Source: Lingula anatina
Lineage: Eukaryota > Animalia > Brachiopoda
DNA: 64,000 nt
NCBI GenBank assembly: GCA_051362555.1
Contig: CM120648.1
Coordinates: 20,022,587-20,086,586, forward strand
Direction: 5' to 3'
The position numbers and the translations under genes are program-made. Below, piece after piece: positions 50,732 to 63,737 of the stretch. Positions within the stretch are counted from its first letter, which is position 1; each line of letters begins with the position of its first letter. The notes below the pieces were generated by a model, which was given only the letters and a program-made list of their open reading frames with translations, did not search any database and had not been told where the DNA came from.

Positions 50732-53265
50732 GTGAATTTAATGAACGGCTTCGCCGATTGTGTGAAAGTGGTAAGATTCCAGTATACCGACAGCGAGTAG
50801 CTATTGTAGGACCTTACGGTGTGGGAAAGACTCATCTCGCCAAGCGCCTCATCCATGAGGAATATATCAAAGCAGAAGATGCAAATACAACTGGCGTGAA
50901 TATATACCGTCATAGGTGTGTTGTCCATAAAGCTGGCCGATCCTGTTGGATAAGAGGAAAAGGTAAGCAGAATATAGGAAAACATTTGGCACATATGGAA
51001 TTTGTTTATAAAGAATACAAAGAACAGAAGATAAGACATTTTCAGTTTTACCGCATAACCCACAATAAGTGTATGTGTGGGTGTCGAAATGTGTCCTTCC
51101 CTATCTTAGTATGGTAGACGAGGGGCTGAGTGAAAAAGTACTTAAATAAGTGGTGCCTTTGTATTGTTATCAATCAATTGACATACATTACACTTAACAA
51201 TCTACTACTACAGCCCATTGATTATTTTTAACTGGGTACAAACACGATAATTTCATTCTCTGTAAAAACACCATGCTTTATTTTACTAAATGTTGAATTG
51301 AATTTTTTAATGGTGTAGCCTGATACGTACACTCAGAAAAGGTACATTTAGATACAACCCTTGATCTACCTGTATGATCCTTCCAACTATTCTCAGATGA
51401 TCCAAAAGACCAGTTTGCACAAAACATGGCAATTGGAGTACAGAATTCAGATACGTTTTGTGAGCCGGACTTAACAGTATTGGACCAAACGCCACTAGAG
51501 GAATCCCTACCAGATTCAGAAGAGAATATTAATAACATGCTGACAAATAGAGGTATTGTACATGATTGTCTCGAATAGTTCATCTTGGTGCAATTTAAGC
51601 AGATATTTGTAGTTATTCTTCTTTTTTGCCAAGAGATTCCACCTTCTGTGTGTTTTTCGTTGGCCATTCCACATATATGTTCCTTAAAGACGTTTTTGTT
51701 TACTTCAAGGTTGAGTCTTTTTCTGTTAGAATGGTGTTTGATATTATTCTTTTCTTTATTCTACAGCCGCTCCCCCTGATGACAGTGAATCACCTGCCTC
51801 TCCTGACAAAGCAGCAGGTAAGTAGTTCACATGTAGTAAAACAAAATTCTCGTGTATTGCTCAGAGATGTTCGAGAGTTTTTCTTAGCTTGTCGATTAGC
51901 TATGTGAGTTTCTATCTTCTTATTTTCATCAAACTGGGACTTAGAACTCACACGGGCATGAAGCCCAGTGGTAATCAAATTCTCTAAATGTCCATGTTTT
52001 TAATAGAAAATAATTAAAATTTCATGGTATACAGTTGCCCATTATGTTATATTGCATCAAAAACCTACTTTGTGCACTATCACCATAACGTTATAAAAAG
52101 AAAACTGTTACCTATTTTATATTTACAAAAAAAATGATTCTTAGGATTGACAAACAGCTCAAATTAGAAAACCAGCTCTTTTGAATTATCCTTTTTATCG
52201 AATTATGCATTTTTTGTGAAATTTTTATTTATCTCATTCTGGTGTGAGCTTGAACTCTTATGGGCCTGAAGCCTTATGCTTTTACTTACATCGTTATATA
52301 CTATTGTGCATAATTAAATTTTCAGGTTGACTGTGCAGTTAAGCATTGTATTACATTAGAACTGACAGCCTCCTATTTTGTGCATTATTATTTTCTGCTT
52401 TTTTAAAATTGTGACTTAGATATTTCATGGGCCTGAATACCTTTGCTAGTCACATTTGGGTGACAAGCCTCTAATCTTCCATTGGGTAACTACTAGCAAA
52501 ATTCAGAACTATAAGGTCACTTGCCTAAATTAAGTTTCAGGTGGCAATAAAATGAGATTATATAAAACACACATGTTGAGATTCCCTGTAAACTCCCATA
52601 GGTTAAGTTTTCTGCCAGATAACAGTGTCCATAATAGGGAAGCAGTGATAATTATGCAGATAAATGTTTAATTTTGCAAATAAGTTTTCAAAAAATTATT
52701 TTGTATAATGCCAACATTAATGCTTGTTTGAAAAGCAGCTTTACTGGAATGTTTTGTTTTTAATTTTTTCAAACACTGAGGGTTTCAACTCAATTTTTAA
52801 CTCCCCTCCACCAGAAGCTCTGCACATTTTCTGTTTTCCCACATAAGCAGTTGTATTGGTATTTTATATTTCAGCATTATGTAACATTATATTATTCTAT
52901 GCACTGCTTTCATATGTCAAATATTGTGATTTTCATTATGTGAATTTAAACTCTCGTGGTCCTGAAACTGTAATCTTATCATAGGGGCAGATTGAGATCG
53001 TCCTCAAGGTTTTCAGGAAGACGGTCAGATTTTAAAGTTTACATTGACGGGTATCTATTTTTTTTTTGTTGGAAGACCATCTAAAATGGAGGGTGGATTA
53101 ACAAAGATATTTTAAAATACTGTCAGAAAATACATTTGGATCCGCTCCTGTTATTGACCATGTTACCTGTTGTGCATGACTTAAATTCAGTGTCGATTGA
53201 CCGTGCTATTACAAGTATTATTTATTATTGCATCAAAATGAGAAATTAACCTTTTTTTTGCATCT

Positions 53266-53296
<31 letters not shown>

Positions 53297-55281
53297 TTTT
53301 GTCTGTAGACTCGCCCTTCAAGAAATCCATGCCTTGAAGAAATCGATGAAAACTGGAAGTGTGTGTTTTTTGCACTGTTTTTCCTGTCATGCCCATCGTT
53401 AACACTGTGTTGTCAAGTAAAAGGAAGCGTCTGATACAAAGTATCAAACGCAGCATTGACGTGCTTGCTTGCGATGCGTTCAGTACACTTTGTTTACACT
53501 GACAAGTCGAGGTCAGGAATGCACAATGTTTTTCTATGTAATTATGCAGTTTCAATTTTGATTAGTGAATTTTCTCTTATCTGCATGGTCATTTTCCGAA
53601 CATTTTCATAAGCCACGAAATATTTCTCATCGGAAAATCACCCAGCAGCTTTCCAAGTACAAGCGAGTGACGTCATGACGCACTTCCGGTTTTTCGCCAA
53701 GATCTTGAAGGGATTAGCTTTACGGTTTGCTGCACATTTAAAGCATTCTGTCTCAAAATGTACTTGACTGCTTGGATTGAAATTTACAGAACTTATTCTT
53801 CACATGATATCACACATATGTGCTTAATTTGAGAGCTTTAGCTGTTATATATTTTCTACAGTGCCCATTCAAAATTGAAAAAGAGCTATTTTCCGTCGAT
53901 TTCTTGAAGGGCAAGTCTACATTTGACAGATTTGCTGTCTTGTTTTATCTGGGTACAAACACGACAATTTAATTTTCTGTAAAATAAGTCGTCTTTATAT
54001 GACTGAGGATTATTTTTATGTACAGACACAGGCTTGAAGACCCATGCTAGTCACATTTTCTGAAAATCCATGATACTTTTATTTTATTATTAAAAATTCT
54101 TGTTTTCTGTTGGAAGACCATCAAAATGAAGGATGGATCAACATAGATACTTTGTAATACTGTCAGAAAATATCTCTGGGTCTGCTCCTGTTATTGACCA
54201 TGTTACCTGTTGTGCAAGATTAAAATTCAGTGTTGACTGACAGTGCTATTATAAGCATTATTTATAATTGCTTCAAAATTGACAAAATTACCTTTTTTTG
54301 CATCTTTATTTTCTGTTTTTTGTCTGTACATTTGACAGCTTTGCTGCCTTGTTCTTTTTGCCAAGGGATTCCACCTTCTATGTGTTTTTCGTTGGCCATT
54401 ATACCTTATGTGCCTTGAAGACTGGGCACTTGATACCAATTATACTTGATCTTATTAGACGCATTTTCAATGTAATTTATTTATTTTTATACAATATTTA
54501 TACAATATCCCAAAGTTATAGTTAAAAATTTTGTAAAGAAATTCCTTTATCTTAGCCATGTTTTTGTTAACTTTAAGATTGAGTCATTTTCTGCTAGAAT
54601 GGGGTTTGATATTCTTCTTCTCTTTATTCTACAGCCGCTCCCCCTGATGACAGGGAATCACCTGCCTCTCCTGACAGAGCAGCAGGTAAGTAGTGCACAT
54701 GTAGTAAAACAAGATTCCGTCTTTTGCTCAGAATCTGCGAGAGTTGTTCTTAGCTTGTTGATTAAGTATGTGAGTTCCTGCATTCTTATTTTCATCAAAC
54801 TGTATTAATAATGTTACATTAAAATTGACTATACCTTACAATTTAAATTGATTTTAATTAATGTTAAAACATTCAGTGTATCACCCAGTTATGTTTTGAG
54901 CTTACCCACTTGTATTCATCAGAGAGGATACATTTTTAAGAAACTTTTTTTTTTTGCGCAAATTGCTGATAAACCTTCAGAAACAGACGAAAGCTTCTAA
55001 TTTATTTGATAACTGTTTCACAAAGTTAATTGACACTAAATACATTCAAATTTTGTCAATAATTATGATACTTTTTTATGCTAAAAAGTTTTATTTTAAC
55101 CACACTGTTTATTGTACAGTCCTTTTCAAAGGTTAAAGTGGATCTCATACCTCTGGGGAAGAAAACATGAGTTGTATAAGAATGTTGACGATATGTCGAT
55201 GTATGAACAGTCCCTGACAAATGAAATAAATTAGATTGAAAGCATGTCTATAAAGATTAAGGTCTAGTCTCTCTCTCTCTC

Positions 55282-55330
<49 letters not shown>

Positions 55331-55799
55331 TTGAAGAAGGCACATCAGCTGAAAACTCAATTGGGCGCTTGATACCAAATATAATTATTACATGCATTTT
55401 CAATCTAATTTATTTATTTTTATACAATATTTATACAATATACTGTGGGATAAATACGATGATTTGGATAAATATGCACGCATTGTAATACATAACAATA
55501 TGCATTATGCTAAAATCAGTTAGTTTGGACATAGCTTATTGTATTCATGGCAGTGGCAGAAAGGGACCATCTAGATGATATTGACAAGGAGCTATTGGAA
55601 AAAATCAAGAAAATTGCCCGAGGAGAAGATGTGGAGCCAGAGAAACAGGTCACAATTTGGGATTTTGCAGGACAGGATGTCTACTACACCACGCACCAAA
55701 CGTTCCTCTCAGAGCGGATCATCTACTTGTTGGTATTCCGACTTGACCAGGACCTCGATGATAAAATCCGTGTATACAGGGGAGAGAAGACGTTGAAAG
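50732..55799 (+). CDS. Roc (Ras of complex proteins) GTPase domain of a Roco-family protein, partial; exons 50732-50962, 51397-51552, 51767-51817, 54635-54685, 55554-55799, all phase 1-1
   Basis: G1 RVAIVGPYGVGKTHLAKRL, G2-like TTGVNI, G3 IWDFAGQDVYYTTHQTFLS..IYLLVF (Roc signature); each exon has AG/GT borders and the spliced frame is open. G4/G5 and COR are not in the window. Confidence 0.85.
51950..53943 (+). mobile_element. 5'-truncated HINE family A copy
   Basis: 52470-53305 parallels 43210-44100; the 3' end CATTTGACAGATTTGCTGTCTTGT resumes at 53920 after a MITE insertion. Left boundary approximate. Confidence 0.7.
53308..53917. mobile_element. 610-bp MITE, 20-bp TIR, TA TSD
   Basis: GACTCGCCCTTCAAGAAATC / GATTTCTTGAAGGGCAAGTC (1 mismatch); empty site GTCTGTACATTTGACAG is seen at 44094, 50526 and 54322. 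Confidence 0.88.
54018..54352 (+). mobile_element. Short internally deleted HINE family A copy
   Basis: Starts TTTTT-ATGTACAGACACAG; ends TGTCTGTACAT-TT-GACAGCTTTGCTGCC-TTGT. Confidence 0.8.
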
Positions 55800-55970
55800 G
55801 TATTGTTGAGCTTTATATCATACATATATATATATATATAACATTAAGTTTTTAGTAGCATTAAGTTTAAATGGTCCGATGAGTGTTTAAGATTTTAATA
55901 TTGTAGTAATTTTAAGGATTTTAGTTATATTATCCATTGTAAGCCGCCCAATAAGAAACATTATTATTAT

Positions 55971-56904
55971 TGTAGAGACAGGCAACAAGACGGGAATGTT
56001 GACGGGTTGAACTAATCTTTATTCTTGCTTTCTAACATCCAATCAACCATGGCGGGTTGAAATCAACCGTGAAACTAAAAGGAAACAAATAACAAAATAA
56101 ATAAATGAATTCATGACAACTGTAAGAAACCAGTTAAAATACCTGTACTATACCTCAAATGTTCACAATATCTTATCATACAACTTTATTATACTCTCTT
56201 CTCTATTAACACACTCTACCAATCCGTCAGCCGAGGCCCACGCGCCCGCAGACAGCACCATGACACTTAAGACATACTTTAACTAAATAATAATGCGTGT
56301 TTACCTACACACACACATACATGAACCCACACTGTCATTTAAATAAAGTACATGAAACCTCTTCCCATGCATAATATCAACATGACTGCAATTCACAATA
56401 ACTATTGCATCAGCACTAAGTTCAACTGTTACTATACTATATAGCCTTTGGCAGCTTGATAATACCAAACACTTAATACATACTTGTCTATCTTCCACAT
56501 TAATCCTATACAACCTTATAGATTAACATATTATTTCTTGGTTTAAACATAACACGGAAATTAAACACAATTTAACTTCCTTGCCACGGATACATTTTAC
56601 ACTCACTGACCTTCTAACAATTACTAAACTTGGGAACCCTGCACTACTAAATAACTCAAAAACATGAATTCAGCAAAACATTAACATCCAGTAAACCAAG
56701 TGTAGACATAAACTTACCATTGACTCCCTTGTCTCCTATTAATAGGTCCTGCTTGTCTACAACTTTCAAATTCTGGACCTGCCTGTCTCTTAAGTTCAAA
56801 ATGTCTGCTTCACATTGCATGGTAAAGCTAGAAGGTCACGTGACTACATCTGACCTATATGTGAATTGTGCTAGTTGTGCTGCTGGCGCATTTTTGCACC
56901 TACA
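55971..56904 (-). repeat. 3' LTR (934 bp), TGTAG...CTACA, preceded on the minus strand by PPT-like GGGGCCGGTG
   Basis: Inverted 5-bp termini; 55971-56170 matches 63801-64000; inner boundary inferred from the purine tract at 56905-56914. Confidence 0.8.
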
Positions 56905-57335
56905 CACCGGCCCCAAAGACGTCTCTGCTGTAAGACGCTCTTTCAACACAAAAGGTGCAATTAAAACACTTATGACTATTTTCATCAGTATACATGTTTT
57001 TTCTCTTTAAGGACAAAATGCCAGCATACATATGTGAACAATACTTGCTAACACCATATACAGATACTTAAATATGCAATGAAACTTGGTAACCACTTCT
57101 GTATACCTATGCATAAAGATGTTTCCCATATTCAATACTTATACCATACAATGAATTCAGTGAACCCACCTTTGTCACTGTCTATACCAAAGAGTAAATA
57201 ATCCTACTTGAAGTGTGAAAACATAAACTAATGTAAATCCCAACTTAAATTTCATGCACTTCACAATGTCTAAATAAAACATGTTAATCTCATATAAACT
57301 TAAGTGTTCTGCAAAACAAGTTTACACCTACTAAC

Positions 57336-60300
57336 TTAAACTGACATCTCCAAGAGGCACAATTTCCTAACATCTCTGCGTAGCTGTCCCTTAGATGTCT
57401 TTAACATCACTTGTCGAACATGACCAAATCTGTCTGGAAAAACTTGCTGAACCAGAGCCTTGGGCCAGCAACCACGCGGTGCATTTTCATCAATTATGAG
57501 TACTAAATCACCAACTTGCAGATTCCTTTTTGGACGCAGCCACTTTTGTCTCTCCTGCAATGTAGGTAGGTACTCCTTTAGCCAGCGATCCCAGAACTGA
57601 TCTGCCAGCTGCTGTGCTCTTTTCCATCCATCTTGAAAATAGTCTCCTTCCACATCTGGAGAAACCCACACATTGGGACGTAAAAGTAGCAAAGAACTTG
57701 GAGATATCGGTTCAAAATCCCTGGGGTCATCAGACACAGGAGAGAGGGGTCTGCTGTTCAAAATTTTTTCCACTTCAGTGAGTACTGTCATCAGAGTCTC
57801 ATCATCTACTAGTTGATTTCCTAGAATAGAACGCAAGATTTTCCTGATTGATCTAATCATACGCTCCCATACACCGCCTGTGTGACTAGCTGATGGAGCA
57901 TTAAAGTACCACTGAATATCATTCTGACGAAGTTTATTCTCAATTTTGACACAGTCCCACTGCTGCATTGCTTTCTTGATTTCTTGTTCTGCTCCCTTAA
58001 AATTTGTTCCATTGTCACTGTAAATTTTCCTAGGAGCTCCACGTCTGCTGACAAAACGGCAGAAAGCTTGAATAAAGGAATCAGTGGACAAACTATGAGC
58101 AATTTCAATATGAACTGCACGGACTGCTAAACAAGTAAAAAGACATCCATATCTCTTGGCAGTTCCACGCCTCCACTTCACTTGCAGTGGGCCAAAGTAA
58201 TCTACACCAACACAAGAAAACGGCGGTTCACCAGGTGTAACTCTATCCATAGGTAGAGGTGCCATAACTTGTTTAATTGGATGAGAGCTCCATCGCTTGC
58301 ACACAATGCACCTACCAATCACACGTTTTACTGTTTTAAGTCCCCGCACAATCCAAAATTGCTGACGTATGACTGACAAAACATGGTTAGCACCTATGTG
58401 ACCTTCTTTCTCATGGTAGTGCCTTACAACCAGGTCTCTGACATGATGATAACTGGGTAAAATCATAGGGTGCCTTCTGGATTCATCCAAGTCTGCTTGT
58501 TGCAATCTGCCTCCAACTCTCAAAACTCCATTTTGCTGAAATGGATTCAGTTTGCGTAGAGGACTGAGATATCCTTGTGCATTAATCTTTTCACTGGGCA
58601 TTTCTTTGGATATATCTCTTAAAAAGACCTTTCTCTGAACAATTTTCACAATTTCATGTGTAGCTTGAGTAATTTCAACAACTGTCAATGGACCTGTGTT
58701 GACTTTGTCACGATTTTGAAGATAAGACTTAAAACGCAGTAACCAAGCTACTGCCTTTTGTAGTTTGTACCATTGTGAAAATCTATTCACCATTTCATCT
58801 AGCTTATCTTCACATGCCTTGGGAAATTCCGTAATCAGACTTAAACAGACCCGTGTCTGTCCTTTCTTCAATTCTCTGTCATCACTTGGTATATCATGAA
58901 GAATCTCTGGTTGCTCTGGCCATTCATGTTCAGGTTTCCATAAGAATTTTGGCCCATTCAGCCATGTCTGGATAGCATCCTCATTGGGTTGATCTAAATG
59001 AATCCCACGCGATGCATAGTCTGCCACATTTTCGCCTGAACTTATATAGCGCCATTGGCTTGGAGAAGAGGCATCATGGATGATTTGCAATCGGTTTGCT
59101 ACGAAGGTTTGAAAGCACTTCGAAGTGTTTCTGATATACTGGAGCACTATAGTCGAGTCGGTCCAAAAAGTCACGCTGTGAATAGGAATCTGTAGCTCTT
59201 CCTGGACTTGCTTACTGACCTTCACTGCAGTGACTGCTGCAGTTAACTCAAGACGGGGAATTGTCATTGTCTTCAAAGGGGCTACTCTGGATTTTCCGAG
59301 CACCAAGCTGCAGTGTATTCTCCCAGAAGTATCCACAAATCGAAGGTAGGTACATACACCATAGCCAGAAAGGGAAGCATCAGAAAAACAGTGAAGTTCA
59401 ATGGACTGCAATTCATCACATAATGGTGGCTTAAAACATCTGGGAATTTCAAGACTGTTCAAAATTGAAAGATTCCCTTGCCATTTTCTCCACAGAGAAA
59501 GATAGTCTTGGGAAAGCTCTTCATCCCAACTGTACCCTGCTCGACACAGCTCTTGGAGAATCTGTTTTCCTGGTAACACAAATGGAGCTGCATAACCTAG
59601 CGGGTCATACATTGCTGCTATGTAGGAAAGTATACCCCTGCGTGTTTCTCTTTTAACCTCATTCTTGATTTTGAATCCAAATGTGTCACTTTCAACGTTC
59701 CACTGCACACCAAGAGTCCTATCACTAGGGAGTTTCTCCAGATCCAAATTCACCACAGAGGAGGCTCTTTCTGATGCAGGAATGGACTCTAGAACTTCTC
59801 GGTGATTAGAAACCCACTTTGTTAAATGAAAACCACCTCGAGACATCAACTCAGTGATCTGTGAGATAAATGATTTGGCTTCTTCTGTTCCACTCACTGA
59901 TTTCAATAAATCATCAACATAGAAATTCTTGTACACAGAGCCAATCACATGAATGTCAAAGTCCTTCCTGTTATCATGAGCAGTTTTTTGTAATGCATAA
60001 GATGCACAACTGGGTGAAGAAGATGCTCCAAACAAATGCACCAACATTTGGTGATCAGTGGGTTCTTTAGATCAATCACCGTCTTGCCACCATAGGAAAC
60101 TAAAGGCACCGCAGTCAGTGGGTTTAACCCGTACCTGGTGAAACATCTGCTCAATGTCGGAAACTACTGCTATCCTTTCCTGTCTGAAGCGAAGTAGTAC
60201 ACCTAATAATGAGCTCGTGAGATTCGGTCCCTGTAGAAGCTGATCATTCAGAGATGTATTACCAAACCTCGCTGCACAATCGAAAACTACTCGGACTTTG

Positions 60301-63300
60301 TTTGGCTTATTAGGATTAAACACCGGATGGTGGGGAACATACCACTTGATCTCTGATGTTGTGTCTTCCTCTGTTAACACTCGAGCATGTCCTTTCTCGA
60401 TGTAATCTGTCATGGTTGCTTTGTATGAGATAAAAAGTGCTGGGTCTCTTTGAAAACGTCGTTTTAGCAGGTTAATCCGCTTCTTGGCCATAGACAAATT
60501 GTTGGGCAAACATGGGTGGTCATATTTCCAAGGCAAACCAATCTGGTAGTGGCCATCAATAAACACTGCAGATCTTTCCATGATATCTCTGGCTCTTCTA
60601 TCTTCCATGGAGACACAATCTTTAACATCTGCTAAATTCTCGCTGAACTCAGTCGTCCACATTCGTTCGAGATTTGTAGACACAGATTCCATGCACTCTA
60701 TGGGGGCACTGCAGTTCACTGTTTGATCTAAGTGAATAAAGTTGGCGGAAACTGTCGTGATTTTAGTCCCATTTTCACACACGGGCCCCATGATGGTCCA
60801 ACCTAAGATCGTTTTAATGCCAACTGGCTGTTGTCTCTTTCCACGGCGCTCATCTAGTAACCAATGCGCTTCTGGGACATCGCAGCCGATGAGTATCTCG
60901 ACCTTCTTATCTTCTAACTCTTCAATGTTGACATCCTTCAAATGTGGCCATCAAGACGCATCTTGAGCATTACAAATCTGTTCACTGGACACAGGTAACT
61001 TGTTTGTTGTTAAAAGTTGATCAATCATGATGCCTTCATTTGAGCTCAGGTGTTTGAGATCAAGTTGCACTTTCCTTCCATATATGGTCTTCTCAGCATT
61101 TACAGTGGTCAACTTGTAATCAACTGGCTCCCCCTCAATTCCTAATCTTTCAGCTAGGCTCGATAAACACATACTAGTGTCCGATCCACTATCGAGAAAT
61201 GCGTATGTGCTGATTTCCTGTCCAGAATCTGGATTACACACTCTCACTGGAAGGACTGGGAGAACAGTTCTACGTTGTTGGTGACATTTCCCAAAGTTTA
61301 CTGATGACTTCACAGCATCTATGGAAGGGGCATCGGTGTTGACATCCTTGGAATGAGATGGCACACCTGAACGACTCTGACTTGCACCTAGACTCCAATG
61401 CAGCGCTGTGTGGTGTCGTCTGCCACAACCATCAACTGTACACATTCTTTTACTCTTGCAATCCTTTGCAAAGTGTGGTGGGTCTGCTGACAGACATAGA
61501 TTACATAGTTTGTGCTTACGTGTGAAGTCCCTCCTCTCTTCATGGGGAATCTTCGGGAATCGGAAACAGCGCGTGAGATTATGATTGTTTCTACCGCAAA
61601 ATAAACAACCTTTGGTATCCTGTTTTGACTGCATTGCTGTTGTGGCTAATGTTGTGACCCTTTGTGTAATAGCTGGTGATGCCTTTTGTCTGTTTTTGCT
61701 TGGTTTCTCTGGTCTGGCTCCAACTAACATTCCAAAACTTGAATTCGCAATCAAGGCCCTTGTCTCAAGAAATGTGGACAAATCTTCAAAGGTTACATCA
61801 GAGCAACTGATCAATTTTTTCCCAGCTTCCTTGGCCCACTCGCCTTGTAAATGTAAAGGTAATCGTTTGACTACTTTAGTCATAGTGTCAAATGAATTCA
61901 AATCTCCACTATAACCCATCTGTCTACAACACAGAAGTGCATTTTTCATATCCCTTGCTAATTGAGAAAGTCCTTGGCTCTGTTGTGGCTTCAGGACTGG
62001 ACCCTCTGTACATTTTTGGATTAGATTCTGCACAACAATATGCCTCTGTCCAAAGTTTGTAAACAAGATAGATTTGGCTTGCTGATAACCTTGACTTGGG
62101 GGCAAAATTACACAATCCTTTATGGCACTCTTTGCTTTCCCAGTGCAAAACTGTATCAAATAGGTCAACCTAACACAATAATCTTGAACCTGGTTTTCTA
62201 CATTTATTTCAAAATTTCTCATAAAAGTTGGATAGTTAACAGGGTCCCCATCAAAGTACATAAACTCCCTTTTTGGCATATTAATGCCTTGAATCATGCT
62301 AGCATACATAATAGCATCAAGTGAAGGTGGGTTGACATTCTGCAAAGGACCGTGCGCTGGCTGGGGCATACTCACTATGTTTACATACGGCTGCTGCGGA
62401 GGTACACTGGTATCCCTATATGCTGGCTGAGTAATCGGAACTCTGGACCCCGTCCCATATGCTGGCTGGGTAACCGGTGCATATGCTGGCTGTGTAACCG
62501 GCGCATATGCAGGCTGAGTGATCGGAACTCTGGACCCCGTCCCATATGCTGGCTGAGTAACTGGTGCATATGCTGGCTGTGTAACTGGTGCATATGCTGG
62601 CTGAGTAACCGGAACTCTGGACCCCGTCCCATATGCTGGCTGAGTAACCCCTGCATATGCTGGCTGTGTAACTGGTGCATATGCTGGCTGAGTAACCGGT
62701 GCATATGCTGGCTGTGTAACTGGTGCATATGCTGGCTGAGTAACCGGTGCATATGCTGGCTGTGTAACCGGTGCATATGCTGGCTGTGTAACTGGTGCAT
62801 ATGCTGGCTGAGTAACCGGTGCATATGCTGGCTGAGTAACTGGTGCATATGCTGGCTGTGTAACCGGCGCGTATGCAGGCTGAGTGTTATTTACAGTTGA
62901 ATTCAGTGTACAACTGGTGTCAGTCATAGAACAGGTAATGTATATAGGGTTGGCTACTGATACAGGATTATCACTAACCTGCACTTGTGGCAATGTTTGA
63001 TCATGGTAAACAGTTACTGTTGGCAACAATGGAACACTAACATTGCTTGTATCAAGTTTATTTGCATGTTCTTCTAAAATGTTGTCCCACTTTTCATATT
63101 CTTCCTCCCACAGCCTTGCTTCCAATTCTGCACAATCAACTTCATTTTTTACCTTTAGTAGGTTACACTGACTTTCACTCTCTTGTTTTTTGCGCTCTTG
63201 TTCCTGTTCATAGATCATTTGTTTATGCTTCATTTCCTCTTCTATGGAGAGTTGTTTGAGTTTCAGCCTGGCAACCTCGGCCTTTACCTTTGTCTCTTTA

Positions 63301-63737
63301 ATCTTCTCACTGACTCGACTACTGGCCTTTGAAGATCTTGAGGAACTAGAGCTGCCTTTGTGTGACGGGTCGGTTAAATGACGCTGTCTATGACGAGATT
63401 CATTCCACTCTAAAAGTCTTTGATCAAATTCAAGTTTATTTTTAACTACACTCTCATAAACTGCACTGGCCTCATTCAAATGTTCTGTCTGCTCTAGATG
63501 GCTTAAAACATCAGCATACTCTAACTGGATTGGTTTCAGCTTCTCAAAGGCTTCATTTAAGCTGTCCTTTTTCTTGATTACTGCCTGATAGTTATCAAAG
63601 TCAAGCATTAAGTTTTCCATTTCATTATAGAGTTTAGTCATCTGTCCCATATAAGCGGCTCTGGACAATTTCAATGTCTCTGCCCTTTCACCTAACACTT
63701 CTGTTCGCATTACTGGGGTTCTCACTCGCGCAGCCAT
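57336..63737 (-). pseudogene. BEL/Pao Gag-Pol polyprotein (2134 codons including the terminal stop) broken by two in-frame TGA codons
   Basis: ORFs 60951-63737, 60072-60941 and 57336-60047 share one frame (AQDAS*WPHLKDV; QDGD*SKEPTDHQM). Motifs: FDGDPVNYPTF Gag, three Cys/His knuckles, LDSGS protease, FYVDDLL RT, FSDAS RNase H, H-H-C-C plus VDYFGP/SDNGTNF/WERMIRS integrase. Confidence 0.95.
62412..62886 (-). repeat. Coding minisatellite in gag: 24-bp unit (TQPAYAPV) with 39-bp variants (TQPAYGTGSRVP[V/I])
   Basis: Visible in the translation and as GCATATGCTGGCTG(A/T)GTAAC(C/T)GGT repeats. Confidence 0.95.

Noticed and set aside
44093-54352. Idea that the recurring motif TGTCTGTACATTTGACAGCTTTGCTGCC before exon blocks is a site-specific recombination site of an integron-like cassette array
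   Set aside because: It is fully explained as the 3' subTIR plus hairpin of HINE family A, matching that element's 5' palindrome.
55284-55330. Very long poly-C run (and other G/C homopolymers) as G-quadruplex or regulatory signals
   Set aside because: Homopolymer lengths are unreliable in assemblies and there is no independent support.
60951-60953. Programmed stop-codon readthrough between Gag-PR and Pol
   Set aside because: BEL/Pao elements normally have one continuous ORF, a CGA-to-TGA change explains it, and a second stop lies inside RT.
62352-62900. Cys/Trp-rich and His/Gln-rich repeat ORFs
   Set aside because: Alternative frames of the gag minisatellite.
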